Below, piece after piece: positions 60,958 to 64,000 of a DNA stretch of 64,000 nt. Position numbers and translations under genes: made by a program. The first letter of the stretch is position 1, and every line of letters starts with the position of its first letter. The notes under the pieces were generated by a model. That model did no database searches and was not told the DNA's origin. It was given only the letters and a program-made list of their open reading frames with translations. Origin of the DNA: an uncultured Verrucomicrobiae bacterium (lineage in GTDB: Bacteria; Verrucomicrobiota; Verrucomicrobiia; Limisphaerales; JAFGQR01); contig CAWBHS010000087.1 in the NCBI GenBank assembly GCA_963788655.1, positions 160,001 to 224,000 on the forward strand, read 5' to 3'.

Positions 60958-60962
60958 GGAGC

Positions 60963-61812
60963 TTACACGAATCTCCAATTCGGGCGGCTGGGGGATCAGC
61001 CCCTGTTCGTGGGCGCGGCGCAGAAACCGGCGGATGGTTTCGCGCCCTTTCGCGCCGTAGTCCAGGGTCCAATGATTGACGTACATGCCGACGAATTGGT
61101 CGGCCAGTTCCTGGCCCATGTCGCGCGCGTATTGCAAGGCATGCAGCACCGCCTCGGCCCGGTGATCGAGGCTGTATCGAATGCTGGTGGTGAGCAGGTC
61201 GGAAAGCCCCCGGCGGGTGGCCGGGTCAATCCGCTTGTGAATGACGTTGCAGCCGAGGGGCAGGGGCAGACCGTCGTTTTCCCGTCCCCACCAGACGCCA
61301 AGATCTTCGCAAACCGTCAGTCCTTCCTGGGCATAAGTGAGTTGCCCTTCGTGGATGATCAGGCCCACGTCGGCCCGGCCATCTCGGACCGCTTGGAAAA
61401 TCTGATCGAAAGGAACAACAACATACTCGAACTGGGAGGCGTTCTGGTTCAGCCAGAGTTGCAACGCTAAGAATGCACTGGTCATCGTGCCGGGCACGGC
61501 AATCTTGCGGCGGGCGATTTCGTCGCGGGTAAACGGTTCCTTCGCCACCAGCATCGGGCCGTAGCCGTCCCCCATGCTCGCGCCGCTGGGCAACAGCGCG
61601 TACTTGTCGCTCACATAAGCGTAGGCATGCACGCTAATGGCGGTGATGTCCAATTCCCCGCGGGTGGCGCGTTCGTTGAGGGTCTGGATGTCCTGGAGAA
61701 TGTGTTCAAAGCGGAACCCCGGCGTGGGAATCAATTCCTTCGCCAGCGCATAAAACATGAAGGCATCATCCGGATCGGGCGAATGGCCGAGCGTGATCGT
61801 GCGTTGCACCAT
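60963..61812 (-). CDS. mqnD: 1,4-dihydroxy-6-naphthoate synthase (futalosine menaquinone pathway, MqnD family)
   Basis: GHSPDPDDAFMFYA, DIQTLN, GDGYGP, IIHEGQLTY, LPLPLG, MYVN. Removing one base near 60972 gives ...PELEFV* (stop 60963-60965) and removes the overlap with the convergent gene. Confidence 0.88.
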
Positions 61813-62039
61813 GGCGCGACAATAAAGGGACGTCCGCAAGTTGTCACGGAAAGTCCGAAGACCGAAGGGCGAAATCTGAAATATGCCCGAAGACAGAATA
61901 CCAAATGCAGCTTCAGAATCGATCAAAATTCAGAATTGATTATTGGCCAAGGTTTCTGTATAAACCTGCCAATCAAGCGCGCTGCCCGATTTCACTTGAG
62001 TTGGGTGGCCCGTATAAACGCCGAATTGCCGAGTTAGCC

Positions 62040-64000
62040 ATGACATTATTTCAATCGATTTGTTCTTGCCGAATGGCGGCCATTGTCCTGACCGCTCTGA
62101 CCACCACCGCCGCTTCCGCAGCCACGCTTCATGTCTCGCTGGACAGCGTTAGTCCGACGCTGCCTTACTTGGATTGGGCGACTGCCGCTCACACGATCCA
62201 GGAAGCCGTGGATGCGGCTATGGCTGGCGATACCGTGCTGGTTAGCAATGGCGTTTACACCGTCGGCAGGCAAACCATCACTGGGACGGGGACCAACCGT
62301 TTGGTCATTGACCGGGCAATTGCCGTGCGCAGCGTCAATGGGCCAGAAACGACCATCATCACCGGCGATGCGGGCACCGATGGCGGTCTTGGCGATGGGG
62401 CCACCCGCTGCGTCTATGTTGGGTTGGAATGCTGTTCTGGACGGGTTCTCCCTCACCAACGGCCACGCGGGCAGCGGTGGCGGCGCCTATCTGCAACGCC
62501 AGCGCAGTGGTTACCCATTGATATCATCAGCGGTAACTTTGCTGAAAGCGGTGGCTGGCATTTCTTTCGGCGCCGTTTATGGTTCATTGATTGTCAGCAA
62601 CTCAGCCAGCAATGCAGGTGGTGGTATTTCAGGAACTGTGGCATCCAATTGCACTGTGCAGGGGAATTCTGCCGTTCGTGGCAGGGGGAGGTTCTCTCGG
62701 TGACACTCTATACAACTGTATCCTGATTGGAAACCAGGCGTTCCATCATGGAGGTGGGGCCACGGACAGCACACTGTACAACTGCGTTGTTACCGGCAAT
62801 TCAGCCAGTTTCACCGGTGGGGGAATATATGGCTCTACGCTTTATAATTGCACCGTAACTGGCAATTCGGCCAGTTCCGGCGGTGGCGTGGATACGAGCT
62901 CGCTTTCCAATTGTTTGGTCTATTACAACGTGGCGCAAGAAACAGCACCAGAGCCCGCTAATTATCGAAACTCGTCTATCTCCTTTTCCTGCACCAAACC
63001 GCTGCCGCCGGGCCAGGGCAACTTTGCTGACGAACCTCAACTGGCCTCTGCGGAGCATTTGTCGGCTACCTCGCCCTGCATTGGCGCCGGCAGCAGCTTG
63101 GTCAGCCACGGTGTGGACATCGACAGCGAGCCATGGTTGGACCCGCCCTGCGTGGGAGCGGACCAGTTCGTTGCCGGCTCGGCTACCGGTGCAGTGTCGA
63201 TGACGATCGAGTTGACCTGGTCGCGGTTTGCCACCGATTTTGCCGCGCCACTTGTTGCTCATGGCACAGGACCGCTCACGGCCAGCGTCTGGGATTTTGG
63301 CGATGGAACCTTGGTCACCAACCGGGCCTATATCAATCATGCGTGGCGGGCGCCCGGAATTTATCCCGTGCGCTTGACCGGCTACAACGACAGCTTCCCT
63401 TCAGGGATTACCACCACCAGTAAGGTCGAGGTGATTGAAGCCGTTCATTACGTGAACACTGCCAATCCAACTCCAGCTTACCCGTACACTACCTGGCCGA
63501 CCGCCGCGACGAACATCCAGGACGCCATCAGCGCCGGACTGACTGGCGCGCGGATTTGGGTGACCAACGGAATCTATGACTGCGGCGGTGTCGCCGTGTA
63601 CGATAACGTCACCAATCGCGTCGCCTTGACCAATGGCGTTCGCGTGGAAAGCGTCAACGGGCCGGCCGCAACCATTATTGCTGGCGCTCCGGCGGAGAAC
63701 GGAGGCAACGGCGACGAGGCGATCCGGTGCGCCTATGTGGCAAATGCTTCAGTGCTCAGCGGCTTCACCCTGACCAATGGCTATACCCATACCAACCGGG
63801 ATTCCTATCGATACTACAATGCTGGTGGAGCATGGTGCGAGCCCTTGGGAGTGGTGACCAATTGCCTGTTCACAGGGAATTCAGCTTACGGCGCCGGCGG
63901 GGGAGCCTCGGGTGGAAGCTTGTTTAATTCGGTGATAACGGGCAACACTGCCGATCTTGTGGGCGGGGGAGTTGCTTCCAGTACGCTATACGATTGTCTG
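62040..64000 (+). CDS. Large secreted repeat protein (beta-helix/pectin-lyase-like modules plus PKD), several frameshifts at about 62425-62700, runs off the window end
   Basis: PYLDWATAAHTIQEAVD...SVNGPETTII recurs as PYTTWPTAATNIQDAIS...SVNGPAATII; LYNC...GN.A..GGG repeats; SPCIGAG; WDFGDG (PKD). Confidence 0.75.

Noticed and set aside
60772..60962. C-terminal extension of MqnD overlapping the convergent gene
   Set aside because: Removing one base gives a normal ...ELEFV* end at 60963, 5 nt from the neighbour's stop codon.
1..64000. CRISPR array, cas genes, tRNA/rRNA, prophage
   Set aside because: No regularly spaced direct repeats with unique spacers and no recognisable cas, structural RNA or phage genes. 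The repeats present are isolated palindromic doublets.

Overview
This is a GC-rich bacterial window. Its gene and repeat content points to Verrucomicrobiota, probably Pedosphaera/Limisphaera-like (inference). No rRNA, tRNA, CRISPR array or prophage was seen. Most genes encode exported glycan or sulfate-ester enzymes: a heparinase II/III-family lyase, two double-esterase fusions, GH50-like and GH2-like hydrolases, four tandem Cys-type sulfatases, and ThuA-like, PQQ-like and YncE-like proteins. There are also four giant modular surface proteins, two-component genes, two aldo/keto reductases and mqnD. Best candidates for new biology: (1) a three-gene operon (10869-16206) of a DUF2760-type protein with a GrpE-like C-terminus plus two atypical Hsp70-fold ATPases lacking the canonical linker and lid, with no J-domain partner in the window; (2) a three-stem structured leader RNA (49064-49140) just upstream of a YncE-like gene; (3) a shared C-terminal FYR domain on three giant secreted proteins, a candidate sorting signal; (4) a RAYT (REP-associated HUH transposase) flanked by its REP doublets, plus REP doublets packaged in MITE-like termini, one inserted in frame into a sulfatase signal peptide. 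Seven genes carry frameshifts that resolve by removing extra bases, most consistent with long-read or assembly insertion errors. Family names are recalled from motifs, not from database searches.
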